Source: Bacteriovoracia bacterium
Lineage (GTDB): Bacteria; Bdellovibrionota; UBA1018; JBFWNL01
Assembly (NCBI GenBank): GCA_050251055.1
Contig: JBFWNL010000001.1
Coordinates: 203,825 to 267,824, forward strand
Length of the DNA: 64,000 nucleotides
Reading direction: 5' to 3'
The notes under the pieces were generated by a model that was not told the DNA's origin, made no database searches, and saw nothing but the letters and a program-made list of their open reading frames with translations. Shown piece after piece: positions 37,498 to 46,874 of the stretch. Every line of letters begins with the position of its first letter. Position 1 is the first letter of the stretch. Made by a program: the position numbers and the translations under genes.

Positions 37498-38559
37498 TTG
37501 AGTAAAAAAGACAGAATTTTAATCATCCGGCTCAGCAGTTTGGGGGACGTGATCCTGTCCACGGCCGCTTTGGGTACTGCCGCCGTCCGCCAGTCCGACG
37601 CTCATTGGCTTACGCGCAAGGAGTACGCCTCTCTGCTCGAGTCCCATCCCGCGCTCTCACGAGTATGGGCATTTGACCGGGCACGGGGCCTGCTCGGATG
37701 GGTCGTGCTTTCTTCCGAGCTCTTCTCCCAGGGCTACGACACGATCTACGACCTGCAGGGAAGTTTACGCACGCGGCTGATGCGAGTTCTTTTCTTTCTC
37801 TTGGGGCTATTCAAAACCGCGCGCGCTCCTCGTTGGCGTAGCTACCGGAAGCCTCGGCTGAAAGCGTATGGGTACTATCTCTTCAAGCGCCGCTGGCCGA
37901 AGGCGTGGCGTCCGGGGCAGCGGGTAGCCGAGTTCTCTCGTGCCGTGGGAGGCACCGGAGAAGAGCGCCCGGATCTTCGCTATCTCTTTGCGAAGCTCCC
38001 GACGGGATGGGATTTGCCCGCGGAGCTGCGCGAGGGCGGGCGTCCGAAGCGTTACCTCGCCGTGATGCCGGATTCTCTTTGGGAGGGAAAGCGCTGGTCG
38101 ATCGATTTCTACGTGGACTGGCTGCGGGCGCATGGGGGCGTGGACTTTGGGCTGCCAGTGGTGCTTGGAACCAAGAATGATGTATTCAGCCGAACCCTGG
38201 TGGAGCGCCTCGCTGACGCGCAGATCCCTCATTATAGTGGGGTAGATCGCTTCACTTGGGCGGAGACCGCCGCGATCCTGGGTGGTGCGCAGGCCTACGT
38301 GGGAGGGGATACGGGGCTTGCTCATCTGGCCGAGGCGGTCGGCACTCCCGCGCTCGTCATTTTTGGCCCCACGGCCGCGGACGCGGGCTTCGGCCCCTGG
38401 CGTGCGGGAAGTCAGGCGATCGGTAGCTCACTCGGTTGCCGCCCGTGTGGAAAAGATGGGCGCTATTGCTATCGTTTTTGGAATCGCCATCAATGTATGA
38501 AAGAGGTATCCCCCTCCCAGGTGCAAGAGGCTCTTCTTCATGTCGTCGCTGCGAAGTAA
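37498..38559 (+). CDS. glycosyltransferase family 9 (LPS heptosyltransferase)
   Basis: ILIIRLSSLGDVIL, DLQGSLRT and GGDTGLAHLAEAVGTP..VIFGPT motifs. Confidence 0.9.
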   Translation: MSKKDRILIIRLSSLGDVILSTAALGTAAVRQSDAHWLTRKEYASLLESHPALSRVWAFDRARGLLGWVVLSSELFSQGYDTIYDLQGSLRTRLMRVLFFLLGLFKTARAPRWRSYRKPRLKAYGYYLFKRRWPKAWRPGQRVAEFSRAVGGTGEERPDLRYLFAKLPTGWDLPAELREGGRPKRYLAVMPDSLWEGKRWSIDFYVDWLRAHGGVDFGLPVVLGTKNDVFSRTLVERLADAQIPHYSGVDRFTWAETAAILGGAQAYVGGDTGLAHLAEAVGTPALVIFGPTAADAGFGPWRAGSQAIGSSLGCRPCGKDGRYCYRFWNRHQCMKEVSPSQVQEALLHVVAAK

Positions 38560-39793
38560 CCTGTATCGAAAAGTTGTTTCCGGCCTTTCGGCCTGCGTGC
38601 CGGGCGCGCTAGCGCCATCTAAGCGTAAGGAGTTACCCGATCTGCCCGCCGCACCCAGGCGCCGAGTGTGGTTTCATGCCGCCAGCACCGGGGAGCTCGA
38701 GTCGCTCGCGCCCGTGATTCAAAAGTGGGGTCAGGATCCCGGTCATGAGTTGATTCTCACGATCTTCAGTCGCTCGGCCGAGCGTTTTCTAAGCCGCCTC
38801 ATCTCCACTCTGCGGGCCACGGGTGTGAATATCCTTCACTACGACTACTCGCCCCGGGAAGGGCAGTGGCAGCGGGCGATTCGGGCCTTGAAGCCCAGTG
38901 CGTTTGTCACCGCCAAATACGAGGCCTGGCCCGAGCTTTGGATGAGCCTCGCGGATCAGGGCATCCCGCTCGTGGTGTTGAGCGCGCGTCCTCGCCAGTC
39001 GTTTAGTTCCGCCAAGGGCATGCTGAAGCTAACCGGCACGCAGCTTCCGCGGATCCTGTTTTTGACCGAGCAAGCGCCCGCGCAATCCGCGCTGCGGGAA
39101 GAGTTTCCTGCCGCATCCGTCGAAATCTGCGCCGATCCGCGCTGGGAGCGTGCGCTAGACCGCGCGCGGGTGGCTACCCTGGACGCCGGTGCGCCGCGAG
39201 TGCAAGCGATTGCGAATCTGCTCGCGCCCGGCGAAAAGTGCGCCGTACTGGGGAGCGTGTGGCAGGCGGACCTGGATTTTTGGGGCGCGTGCTTGAAGGA
39301 AATCCACCAGCGCTTGATCGTGGTGCCGCATGAAATCGATGCCGATCACCTGAGGAAATGCGTCGCTACGCTGGAGGCGCAAGGACTGCGTTGCGCGCTC
39401 ACGAGTCGCTTGCCGGATCTGCTGGATCCCTCCCATTGCTTAGTCGTCGACGAGATGGGATTTCTGGCGGAGCTCTACCGACTAGCCGACTGGGCCTATG
39501 TCGGAGGTGGATTTGGGAAGGGCATCCACAGCACGATCGAACCCGCGGTATACGGCATTCCGGTCTGCGTCGGTCCCGAAGGCACGGCCCGATTCGCGGA
39601 AGTGGAAGAGCTCAAGGAGACGGGGCAGCTGGCGATTTTAAACACGAGCGCGGATCTCCGCGGTTGGCTGGATTTCGTCGTGGACCCCGGACTCCGCGCG
39701 CGACGGCAGGAGTGGCGGGCGCACGCGGAATCTAAACGCGGCACGTCGGATCGGGTGTTGCATCTATTGGCCGACGTGTTAGCTTCGTCCTAA
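38540..39793 (+). CDS. waaA: Kdo transferase WaaA/KdtA
   Basis: WFHAAS.GE, D.MG.LAELY..AD.AYVGG and H..IEPA.YG.PV..GP motifs. Confidence 0.85.
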   Translation: MSSLRSNLYRKVVSGLSACVPGALAPSKRKELPDLPAAPRRRVWFHAASTGELESLAPVIQKWGQDPGHELILTIFSRSAERFLSRLISTLRATGVNILHYDYSPREGQWQRAIRALKPSAFVTAKYEAWPELWMSLADQGIPLVVLSARPRQSFSSAKGMLKLTGTQLPRILFLTEQAPAQSALREEFPAASVEICADPRWERALDRARVATLDAGAPRVQAIANLLAPGEKCAVLGSVWQADLDFWGACLKEIHQRLIVVPHEIDADHLRKCVATLEAQGLRCALTSRLPDLLDPSHCLVVDEMGFLAELYRLADWAYVGGGFGKGIHSTIEPAVYGIPVCVGPEGTARFAEVEELKETGQLAILNTSADLRGWLDFVVDPGLRARRQEWRAHAESKRGTSDRVLHLLADVLASS

Positions 39794-39800
39794 CGCCCCC

Positions 39801-41423
39801 ATGCAACAAAAAGATCACCTCAAGGATCAATATGACTGGGTAGTGCTCGGGGACCACCCGGCCGCGCTTTTGAGCGCGGGACTCCTTTCAAAGCTGGGCT
39901 ATTCCACCTTGATTCTACCGATGGCGCCGAGCCTGCTCGCCAACATTTCCAGCACGGCCCAGTGCCTGGATCCGGAGCCGAGCTTCCTAATGGGCTTAGG
40001 CAGGCCGGAGTCAGCGGCGGGATTGTTGGGTGAGTGCCTGAGTTTCCTAGGCAGTCCCGTTAGCGCCTTGAAGTTTATTCGGATGACGGACGCGTATCTG
40101 CCCCAGGCGCTCACGCCGCGCGCCAAGATTCAGCTCTTCGCCGCTCATGATCGCTGGATCCAGGAGTTTGACCGTGAGTTGCCGAGCGCGGAGCTTCCCC
40201 ACGCAAAGGGACTCGTCAGCACGGTCGATCAGATCGAAGGAGTGGCGCACACGTACTGGAAGCGGCTCCCAGACCGAATCGCGCGGCAACCCGTGGCTCC
40301 GATCGTGAAGGGGCTACGGGGCTGGCGGCCGCGCCCAGGCGCGGGGCGGGTGGATTTTCGCGAAGGGCTTTGGCGGGGTTTGAAGTTGGCGGGTGGATCC
40401 ACCCGGGACTGGGGAAGCCTTTCGGAGAGCTGGAAACGGCGACGTCTCCCCGGCGGTGCGTTCGGCCCGGCGTTGGAGGCGTTTCTGTACGGGATGACCG
40501 GCGCCAACGACGCGCGCCTGACTCCTTTTGATTGCGCGCATATCCTGGCGCTGGGAAAATCCGGTGGATCTTTTCAAGGGGGGTTGACCGCGTATCGTCA
40601 GTTCCTTTTGCATCTGGCGCAGAAATGGGGTGCGCAGGTGCCGCGGGAAACCGAATGTCGTCGGCTTTTCATCGAAAATGGCCGTCTGATCGGCGCCCAG
40701 GTCTCCCACCGGGGAAAGATGGTGAGCGTGAATGGCGGCGCGATCGGTTGCGCGTCCTCGCATTTGAAAGAGTTCCTCTATTACTCGGGCCAAGAAAGCA
40801 AAGCGCCGTTGAAGTCCGCGCGTGCGCCCGCGGGCTGGCGCTTCACGCTCGCGCTCACGGTGCATCGAGAAGCCATCCCGCCCGGCATGAACCGCCGCGC
40901 GATCTGGAAAGACCAGGACGCTCCGGCGCTCGAAATCGAAACGGCGGATCCCTCGGACTACAATTTGGGACAGCCGGAACATCAGCTGGTGTTCCTGCGC
41001 ACGACTTTACCCTTCACGCAGGAGAGCTTGACGGTTTCTTATCAGCGGCTCATTGCTAGCCGCATGTTCCGGCAGCTTTGCGACCTGTTTCCCTTCCTCG
41101 AGTTCCATGTTTCCAAAGTTTTCCCCGACTTTCGGGCAGGCGTGGGAACCGAGCGGGAGGAGTTCTCGGAGATGTACGGATTCGTCACGCCCGAGCTCGT
41201 GCCTGAAAATTTGCGGGTTTACGCGGACGAAGGCGCAGGAGCCGATTCCGGGATTGAAAACCTGTACGTCACCAACGGCGAGGCCTATCCGCAGTTCGGC
41301 TCGTTCGGCGGGACCGTGGCGGCCGTGCAAGCCGTGTCAGCCTTCGTGCGGCGGCAGACGCAGTCGCAGAGCACCGGGGTGGCCGGCGCGAAAGAAAGCG
41401 CGCCGCCGTTGTTATGGCAGTGA
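39801..41423 (+). CDS. phytoene-dehydrogenase-like FAD-fold protein with a degenerate dinucleotide motif
   Basis: 'YDWVVLGDHPAALLSA..L.K.G', 'FQGG' and 'IENLY..GE..P..G..G' follow this fold. Confidence 0.55.
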   Translation: MQQKDHLKDQYDWVVLGDHPAALLSAGLLSKLGYSTLILPMAPSLLANISSTAQCLDPEPSFLMGLGRPESAAGLLGECLSFLGSPVSALKFIRMTDAYLPQALTPRAKIQLFAAHDRWIQEFDRELPSAELPHAKGLVSTVDQIEGVAHTYWKRLPDRIARQPVAPIVKGLRGWRPRPGAGRVDFREGLWRGLKLAGGSTRDWGSLSESWKRRRLPGGAFGPALEAFLYGMTGANDARLTPFDCAHILALGKSGGSFQGGLTAYRQFLLHLAQKWGAQVPRETECRRLFIENGRLIGAQVSHRGKMVSVNGGAIGCASSHLKEFLYYSGQESKAPLKSARAPAGWRFTLALTVHREAIPPGMNRRAIWKDQDAPALEIETADPSDYNLGQPEHQLVFLRTTLPFTQESLTVSYQRLIASRMFRQLCDLFPFLEFHVSKVFPDFRAGVGTEREEFSEMYGFVTPELVPENLRVYADEGAGADSGIENLYVTNGEAYPQFGSFGGTVAAVQAVSAFVRRQTQSQSTGVAGAKESAPPLLWQ

Positions 41424-41442
41424 AGAAGCGGGAGAGGAATCA

Positions 41443-42759
41443 ATGATCGAACGATATTCACGGCCGGAGATGAAGCAGGTTTGGGATGATCGGAATAAGT
41501 ACCTGACCTGGCTCAAGGTGGAGCTGGCCGTCTGCGAGGAGCTGGCGAAGACGGGGTTGATTCCGCGAAAGGACTGGCAAGCGTTGAATCGCCGCGCGCA
41601 AGCGCTCATCGCGCGCGGAGGGGTTGATCCCCGCCGTGTGGACTTTCACGAGCGGACAACCCGACATGACGTCATCGCGTTCACGACGGCGGTCGCCGAA
41701 AAGATCGGTCCGCTGGCGCGCTACATCCATTTCGGACTGACTTCCTCGGACGTGGTGGATACCTCGACTTCTCTGCTCGTGCAGCAGGCGGGCGCGATCC
41801 TGATTCGCGACGTGCGCGAGCTACTCTCCGTCCTGCAAAAGCGTGCCCGTGAGTTCGCGCGGTTGCCCACCATCGGTCGTTCGCACGGTATCTACGCGGA
41901 GCCGACCTCGTTCGGCCTTAAGTTCTTGGGGTGGCACGCGGAGTGGAAACGCAATCTCGGGCGCCTGGAGGAAGCCGTGGCTCAGCTGCGCGTGGGCAAA
42001 CTTTCCGGAGCCGTGGGCGTGAACTCCCACTGGTCTCCCGCTTTCGAGGCGCGCGTGCTGAAGCGATTGGGCCTGCGGCGGGAACCGGTCAGTACGCAGG
42101 TTATCCCACGCGATCGGCACGCCCAGTATCTTTCTACGTTAGCGGTTTGCGGGGCATCGCTCGAACGGATTGCCGTGGAGCTGCGGCACCTGCAGCGCTC
42201 TGAAGTGGCGGAAGTCCAGGAAGGCTTCGCCAAAGGGCAAAAAGGTTCGAGCGCGATGCCGCACAAACGAAATCCCATCTCGAGCGAAAACATCACGGGC
42301 CAGGCGCGGTTGCTCCGTGCATACGCGGCGGCGGGACTCGAGAACGTCGCGCTTTGGCATGAGCGCGACATCAGCCATTCTTCGGTGGAGCGCGTGGCGC
42401 TGCCGGACGCGAGCCTCGTGCTCGATTACGCGCTCTCGCGCATGACTAAGCTGCTCCAGGAACTCGTCGTGAACCCCGCACGGGTAGCCCGACACCTGAA
42501 GGAGGCTGGCAGCAGCGCGTTCTCCGGGCATTATCTGCTGGCGCTTGTGAAGGCAGGAGCATCGCGTGAGCAGGCTTACTATTGGGTGCAGCAGTGCGCG
42601 CATCAAAGTATCGATACGGGCGCCGACTTCGTGCGCTTAATTCAGGCCCATCCGCAAGTGAGGAGATACCTTTCGCCTGCGGAAGCCCAGCGGCTTGGCT
42701 CGCTCGCCCATCAGCTGCGCTCGGTTCCGGAAATCTACCGGCGCGAAAAAAAATCCTGA
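41443..42759 (+). CDS. purB: adenylosuccinate lyase
   Basis: MIERYSR, HFGLTSSD and GSSAMPHKRNP motifs; GGAGAGG SD. Confidence 0.97.
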   Translation: MIERYSRPEMKQVWDDRNKYLTWLKVELAVCEELAKTGLIPRKDWQALNRRAQALIARGGVDPRRVDFHERTTRHDVIAFTTAVAEKIGPLARYIHFGLTSSDVVDTSTSLLVQQAGAILIRDVRELLSVLQKRAREFARLPTIGRSHGIYAEPTSFGLKFLGWHAEWKRNLGRLEEAVAQLRVGKLSGAVGVNSHWSPAFEARVLKRLGLRREPVSTQVIPRDRHAQYLSTLAVCGASLERIAVELRHLQRSEVAEVQEGFAKGQKGSSAMPHKRNPISSENITGQARLLRAYAAAGLENVALWHERDISHSSVERVALPDASLVLDYALSRMTKLLQELVVNPARVARHLKEAGSSAFSGHYLLALVKAGASREQAYYWVQQCAHQSIDTGADFVRLIQAHPQVRRYLSPAEAQRLGSLAHQLRSVPEIYRREKKS

Positions 42760-42799
42760 CCTCGATGCCGAGGTGCCGTCTTTCTTTTTTGGTTTTTAG

Positions 42800-42883
42800 G
42801 GAAAAAAGAAAAACGGATTAGCTAACTAGGGGACGTTAGGGGGTTAGGGGGGGATAGCGTTAGCTAATCCGTTTTGTTTGTTA
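42800..42883 (-). ncRNA. candidate sigma54-dependent hairpin sRNA with a C-rich loop
   Basis: 17-bp perfect inverted repeat (42810-42826 / 42859-42875), C-rich loop and U-tract, directly downstream of a sigma54 box. Confidence 0.6.
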
Positions 42884-42893
42884 CTTACTATAA

Positions 42894-42910
42894 AGCAACC
42901 CATATGCCAA
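42894..42910 (-). promoter_or_regulatory. sigma54 (-24/-12) promoter
   Basis: TTGGCATATGGGTTGCT matches TGGCAC-N5-TTGCW with exact spacing. Confidence 0.75.
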
Positions 42911-43035
42911 CGCATTGCGTCAAAAAAACGAATAAAAATGCTCCCGTCGGGAGGCGGGGTCTAGGTGCTGTACTGACAATAGACAAGAAACGTCAGGCGA
43001 TGACCATGTTTTTGACGCAGATCATAGGTAAAAAA

Positions 43036-43057
43036 CGAAGTTATTCCAATAACTTCG
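43036..43057. promoter_or_regulatory. palindromic operator candidate
   Basis: CGAAGTTATT-CC-AATAACTTCG, a perfect 10-bp inverted repeat in the intergenic region. Confidence 0.45.
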
Positions 43058-43311
43058 AAATAAAATGATCAGTAATTTGACGCGTGATATAAAAATTTCC
43101 CGGTGTCGAGGCGGCCGCACCGCCGATAACCCCGTTTGTCCTCTCCGCTAATGACGGTTTTCTTGCTACTGATTTCGTTTAAGGAGGCCGTCTAACTCTT
43201 TGAAATTCAGCCTAAAACGCCGTCCTAGATAACTGTAGTGTTTCGGAATCTCTTTTGTTATACGGACTTACAAGTTCAAGTTTAGGGAATTCAATTAAAG
43301 GAGTGTTAGGG

Positions 43312-44457
43312 ATGAATCTAAGACTTTCGGCTTATGCCATGGGGATAGCACTGTTGAGTTTCGGGGCGACGGCCGTCGCTGCCGATGAAACTTCAATCAC
43401 GAGCGCTTCGTCGTCGACCCACGAGACGACCGAAACGGTCACGAAAACCACGAAGCCCGCTACGCGTACCAAGAAAAAGACCACGGCCACTTCGACGAAG
43501 ACGACGGCGCCAGCCGCGACGTCGAACGACAACGCCGCGTTGACGACGAAAGATCATCTCGAGATGGTTCGCCGCGAGCGTCTCCGCGAAGAATTAAAGA
43601 ATGAAGACCTTCTGCAAGCCCGAATCGAAGAGATGCGCCTGCGTGACGAGCGCCGCCGCACGCAGGAACTCATGAATTCGGATTCCAACTACTACCGCTC
43701 CCGTGGCCGCGTTCGCTCCGATAGCGACGAGGTTCGTACCGGTCAGGCGTCCGCCGAAACTGCGGCCGCACTTTCCCGCTCCGAGTCGGAGTGGGAAGGT
43801 TACCGCGACGAAGATTCGCGCGAACGCGTTCGCCTCGTGATCAGCCCGCGCGTCGGCGTGGCCTCGATGTCGGGCGGCACCTACTCAGTGGGCTCGCGGG
43901 TCAGCGTGGGCGGGAACCTCGGGATTCAGGCGTCCAGCCTCGTTACCCTTCAGGTGGGTTATGCTTTCAACGAGTACGGCGTGAACGTCTCGAGCACGAA
44001 CCCTGTCATCTACAACCAGCAGTATTACAACAACCTGCCCGGCCGTGATTCTATCGTCATGAAGCAGAATGTCTTTTCGGCCGACGTGAAGCTGAATCTC
44101 CTGCGGGAGTCGAAGGTCCGTCCGTTCGTGACCGGCGGGGGAGCTTATTCCAAGAGTTACATCAACTACGACCAGGCGCTTTTGAACTACGTGGCGACCT
44201 ACCAAGGCACCTCGTACGCCCGTGACTACGAAGTGGGCTCCTGGCTCGCCAACGTAGGCACCGGCGTGGATTTCGAGCTGAGCCGCTCGATCTCGCTCGG
44301 CGCCGCGTTCAACTTCTACAAGGTGCTCTCGGCCAACGAGAACTACGATTTGAACGTGCTGTACTACGGCTACAACTACGACAAGCAGTCGGTGGGTAGC
44401 TCGCTCGCACGCTCGAGCTTCTACACCATTACCGGTGGCGTGAACTTCGCGCTGTAA
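43312..44457 (+). CDS. outer-membrane beta-barrel protein with Thr-rich and coiled-coil N-terminal region
   Basis: Signal peptide AVA|; 'VRPFVTGGGAY'; alternating beta-strands; C-terminal YTITGGVNFAL. Confidence 0.8.
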   Translation: MNLRLSAYAMGIALLSFGATAVAADETSITSASSSTHETTETVTKTTKPATRTKKKTTATSTKTTAPAATSNDNAALTTKDHLEMVRRERLREELKNEDLLQARIEEMRLRDERRRTQELMNSDSNYYRSRGRVRSDSDEVRTGQASAETAAALSRSESEWEGYRDEDSRERVRLVISPRVGVASMSGGTYSVGSRVSVGGNLGIQASSLVTLQVGYAFNEYGVNVSSTNPVIYNQQYYNNLPGRDSIVMKQNVFSADVKLNLLRESKVRPFVTGGGAYSKSYINYDQALLNYVATYQGTSYARDYEVGSWLANVGTGVDFELSRSISLGAAFNFYKVLSANENYDLNVLYYGYNYDKQSVGSSLARSSFYTITGGVNFAL

Positions 44458-44497
44458 TCGGTAGGCCAGCCTGGCGCTGGCGCACTTGAACCACTTT

Positions 44498-44541
44498 AAG
44501 GCCGCCTGACCTTCATCCCGTCAGGCGGCCTTTTTGTTTTT
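44498..44541 (+). terminator. intrinsic terminator
   Basis: AAGGCCGCCTGAC-loop-GTCAGGCGGCCTT followed by a T-tract. Confidence 0.85.
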
Positions 44542-44617
44542 CGGGATCTTAGGGTGCGATGCGGCATAGAGGTTTCTGCGCTGGCTCATTGCGGGGAAAG
44601 TGCCTTATACTCGTCCC

Positions 44618-46873
44618 ATGCAAAATATGACGACGGAGCCGCGCGTAAGCGGCGCTCGCGAGACCCACGGTGAAGTATTTCGTTTAGAAGATTGCTCGGC
44701 CCGCGCCGGCACGAAGATCTGGCTGCTGCACTTTGATCTGCCCGGTGAAAAAGTGAATAAGTTCAACGAGCGGGTGATGCGCGAGTTTGAAGCGCTTCTT
44801 CCGAAGCTCAAGTCCATGGCGAATCAGATCGACGCGCTCGTCGTGGTCTCGCCCAAACCCGGTATCTTCATCGCGGGCGCGGACATTAAGCTCATTCAGT
44901 CCGCCAAGACTTCGGACGAAGCCGAGGCGCTCGCGAAAGTGGGGCAAAAGCTGCTCAATCAATGGGAAGACCTCCCGTTTCCGCGCGTGGTTGCCATCAA
45001 CGGAGCCGCGCTCGGCGGCGGTTGTGAATTTTCTCTCGCGAGCTCCGCGATCGTCATGTCTAATGACGCTTCGGCCAAGATTGGACTGCCCGAGATCATG
45101 CTCGGCGTAATTCCCGGCATGGGCGGTTGCGTGCGCTTGCCGCAAAAAGTGGGTTTGGCCACGGCGCTGGACCTCATCCTTTCTAGCAAGCAGCTCAACG
45201 GTGAGCGCGCCGTGAAGGCGGGGCTGGCGGAAGCCTGCCTGCCCAAGGAAAACTTCACGCAGTCGGCGCTGAAGTGGACGGCCCTAAACCTCAAGGCGCT
45301 CAAGGCCGGCGGACGGCTCGCGAAACCCCCGGCTTTGGGGGGCATGGGCGGTTTCTTTGGTTCCGTGATGGAGTCCGCTCCGATGCGCGGGGTGATTTTC
45401 AGCAAAGCGCGGCAAGGCGTGATGAGCAAGACCAAGGGCCAGTACCCGGCGCCGCTGGAGGCAATCCAGGTGATGAAGGGCGTGGGGACTCACTATATCG
45501 CTAGTCGCCGAGACTGGCTGAAGGGTGAGCGTAGGCAGAACGCCATGGATCGCGAAGCGCGCGGTTTTGGCAAGATGGCCGCGACCGACGTTTCCAAGAG
45601 CCTGATCCGGATTTTCTTCCTCACCGAGACGATCAAGAAGGCCAACGGGCTCGCCGATGGTCGCAAGGTCGACGCTCCGGCCGTGAAGATGGCAGGCGTG
45701 CTCGGCGCGGGCGTCATGGGCGGCGGGATCGCCCAGCTCTTCGCGGATAAGGGCATCACCACCCGCATGAAGGACATTAACGTGAAAGGGTTGGAGCTGG
45801 GCGAGCACGCGATATCGGGCCTCTTTAAAAAGAAACTCAAGCGCCGCCAGATCAAGGAGCGGGACTACCTGCAGAAGATGAACCTAGTCGCGCCCGTGCT
45901 CGACTATGCGGGTTTCGGTTCGGTCGACCTGGTGGTCGAAGCCGTGATCGAAAAGATGGACATCAAGAAAAAAGTTTTCCAGGAGCTTGAAGGTCATGTC
46001 AGCGAGGACTGCGTGATCGCCTCCAACACGTCGTCGCTTTCCGTGAGCGAGATGCAAACCGCGCTGAAAAAGCCCGAACGTTTCGTCGGCATGCACTTCT
46101 TCAACCCGGTCGCGAAGATGCCGCTCGTGGAGGTGATCCGCGGCGCGAAGAGTTCCGATGAAGCCGTGGTCGCGGTTTTCGAGCTGAGCAAAAAGCTCGG
46201 TAAAACCCCGATCGTCGTGAAGGACGGCGCCGGATTTTTGGTGAATCGTCTGCTCGTGCCTTATATGAACGAGGCGGCCTATCTGTTGGTGGATGGCGCA
46301 CCGATTCCCGAAATCGATCGCGCGCTCTTGGGCTTCGGGATGCCGATGGGGCCGATGGAGCTCGTTGACGAAGTGGGCGTAGACGTGGGCGAGAAGGTGC
46401 TTAAGATTTTGAATGAAGCCTTCGGTGAGCGCATGAAACCCGCGCCGGGTATCGGTAAGGTTGCCGAAGCCGGTCGTCTGGGTAAAAAGAACGGCAAGGG
46501 CCTCTACGTGTATGAGGGTAAAGACGGTCGAGAAAAACGCGTGGACGACGCAATTTATTCTATTATCGGTATCCAGCCTCGGTCGGGCGCGCTGACGGAG
46601 TCCGAAATGGTCGAGCGTTGCATCCTGCCGATGATCAACGAGGCCGCGCGCTGCCTGGAAGACGGCATCGTCGCTACGCCCGAGGACGTGGATTTGGGTA
46701 TGATCTTCGGTACGGGCTTCCCGCCGTTCCGCGGCGGGCTGCTTCGTTATGCCGATACGATTGGCGTGAGCCACGTGGTCGAACGTTTGCGGCACTACGA
46801 AAAACGTTTCGGCGAGCGGTTTAAGCCGTCCGAAGCCCTGATCAAGCGCCGGAAGTTTTATCTCGACGCGTGA
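44618..46873 (+). CDS. fadJ: fatty acid oxidation complex alpha subunit (FadJ/FadB-type)
   Basis: FIAGADI, ALGGGCE, GAGVMGGGIA, ASNTSSL, GMHFFNP and GFPPFRGG motifs. Confidence 0.9.
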   Translation: MQNMTTEPRVSGARETHGEVFRLEDCSARAGTKIWLLHFDLPGEKVNKFNERVMREFEALLPKLKSMANQIDALVVVSPKPGIFIAGADIKLIQSAKTSDEAEALAKVGQKLLNQWEDLPFPRVVAINGAALGGGCEFSLASSAIVMSNDASAKIGLPEIMLGVIPGMGGCVRLPQKVGLATALDLILSSKQLNGERAVKAGLAEACLPKENFTQSALKWTALNLKALKAGGRLAKPPALGGMGGFFGSVMESAPMRGVIFSKARQGVMSKTKGQYPAPLEAIQVMKGVGTHYIASRRDWLKGERRQNAMDREARGFGKMAATDVSKSLIRIFFLTETIKKANGLADGRKVDAPAVKMAGVLGAGVMGGGIAQLFADKGITTRMKDINVKGLELGEHAISGLFKKKLKRRQIKERDYLQKMNLVAPVLDYAGFGSVDLVVEAVIEKMDIKKKVFQELEGHVSEDCVIASNTSSLSVSEMQTALKKPERFVGMHFFNPVAKMPLVEVIRGAKSSDEAVVAVFELSKKLGKTPIVVKDGAGFLVNRLLVPYMNEAAYLLVDGAPIPEIDRALLGFGMPMGPMELVDEVGVDVGEKVLKILNEAFGERMKPAPGIGKVAEAGRLGKKNGKGLYVYEGKDGREKRVDDAIYSIIGIQPRSGALTESEMVERCILPMINEAARCLEDGIVATPEDVDLGMIFGTGFPPFRGGLLRYADTIGVSHVVERLRHYEKRFGERFKPSEALIKRRKFYLDA

Positions 46874-46874
46874 G

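Noticed and set aside
41053-41442. N-terminal extension of the purB ORF
   Set aside because: It overlaps the upstream gene in another frame. The canonical MIERYS start with an SD is at 41443.
42827-42858. Telomere-like TTAGGG repeat or eukaryotic contamination
   Set aside because: There are only three imperfect units, inside a hairpin loop and flanked by ordinary bacterial genes.
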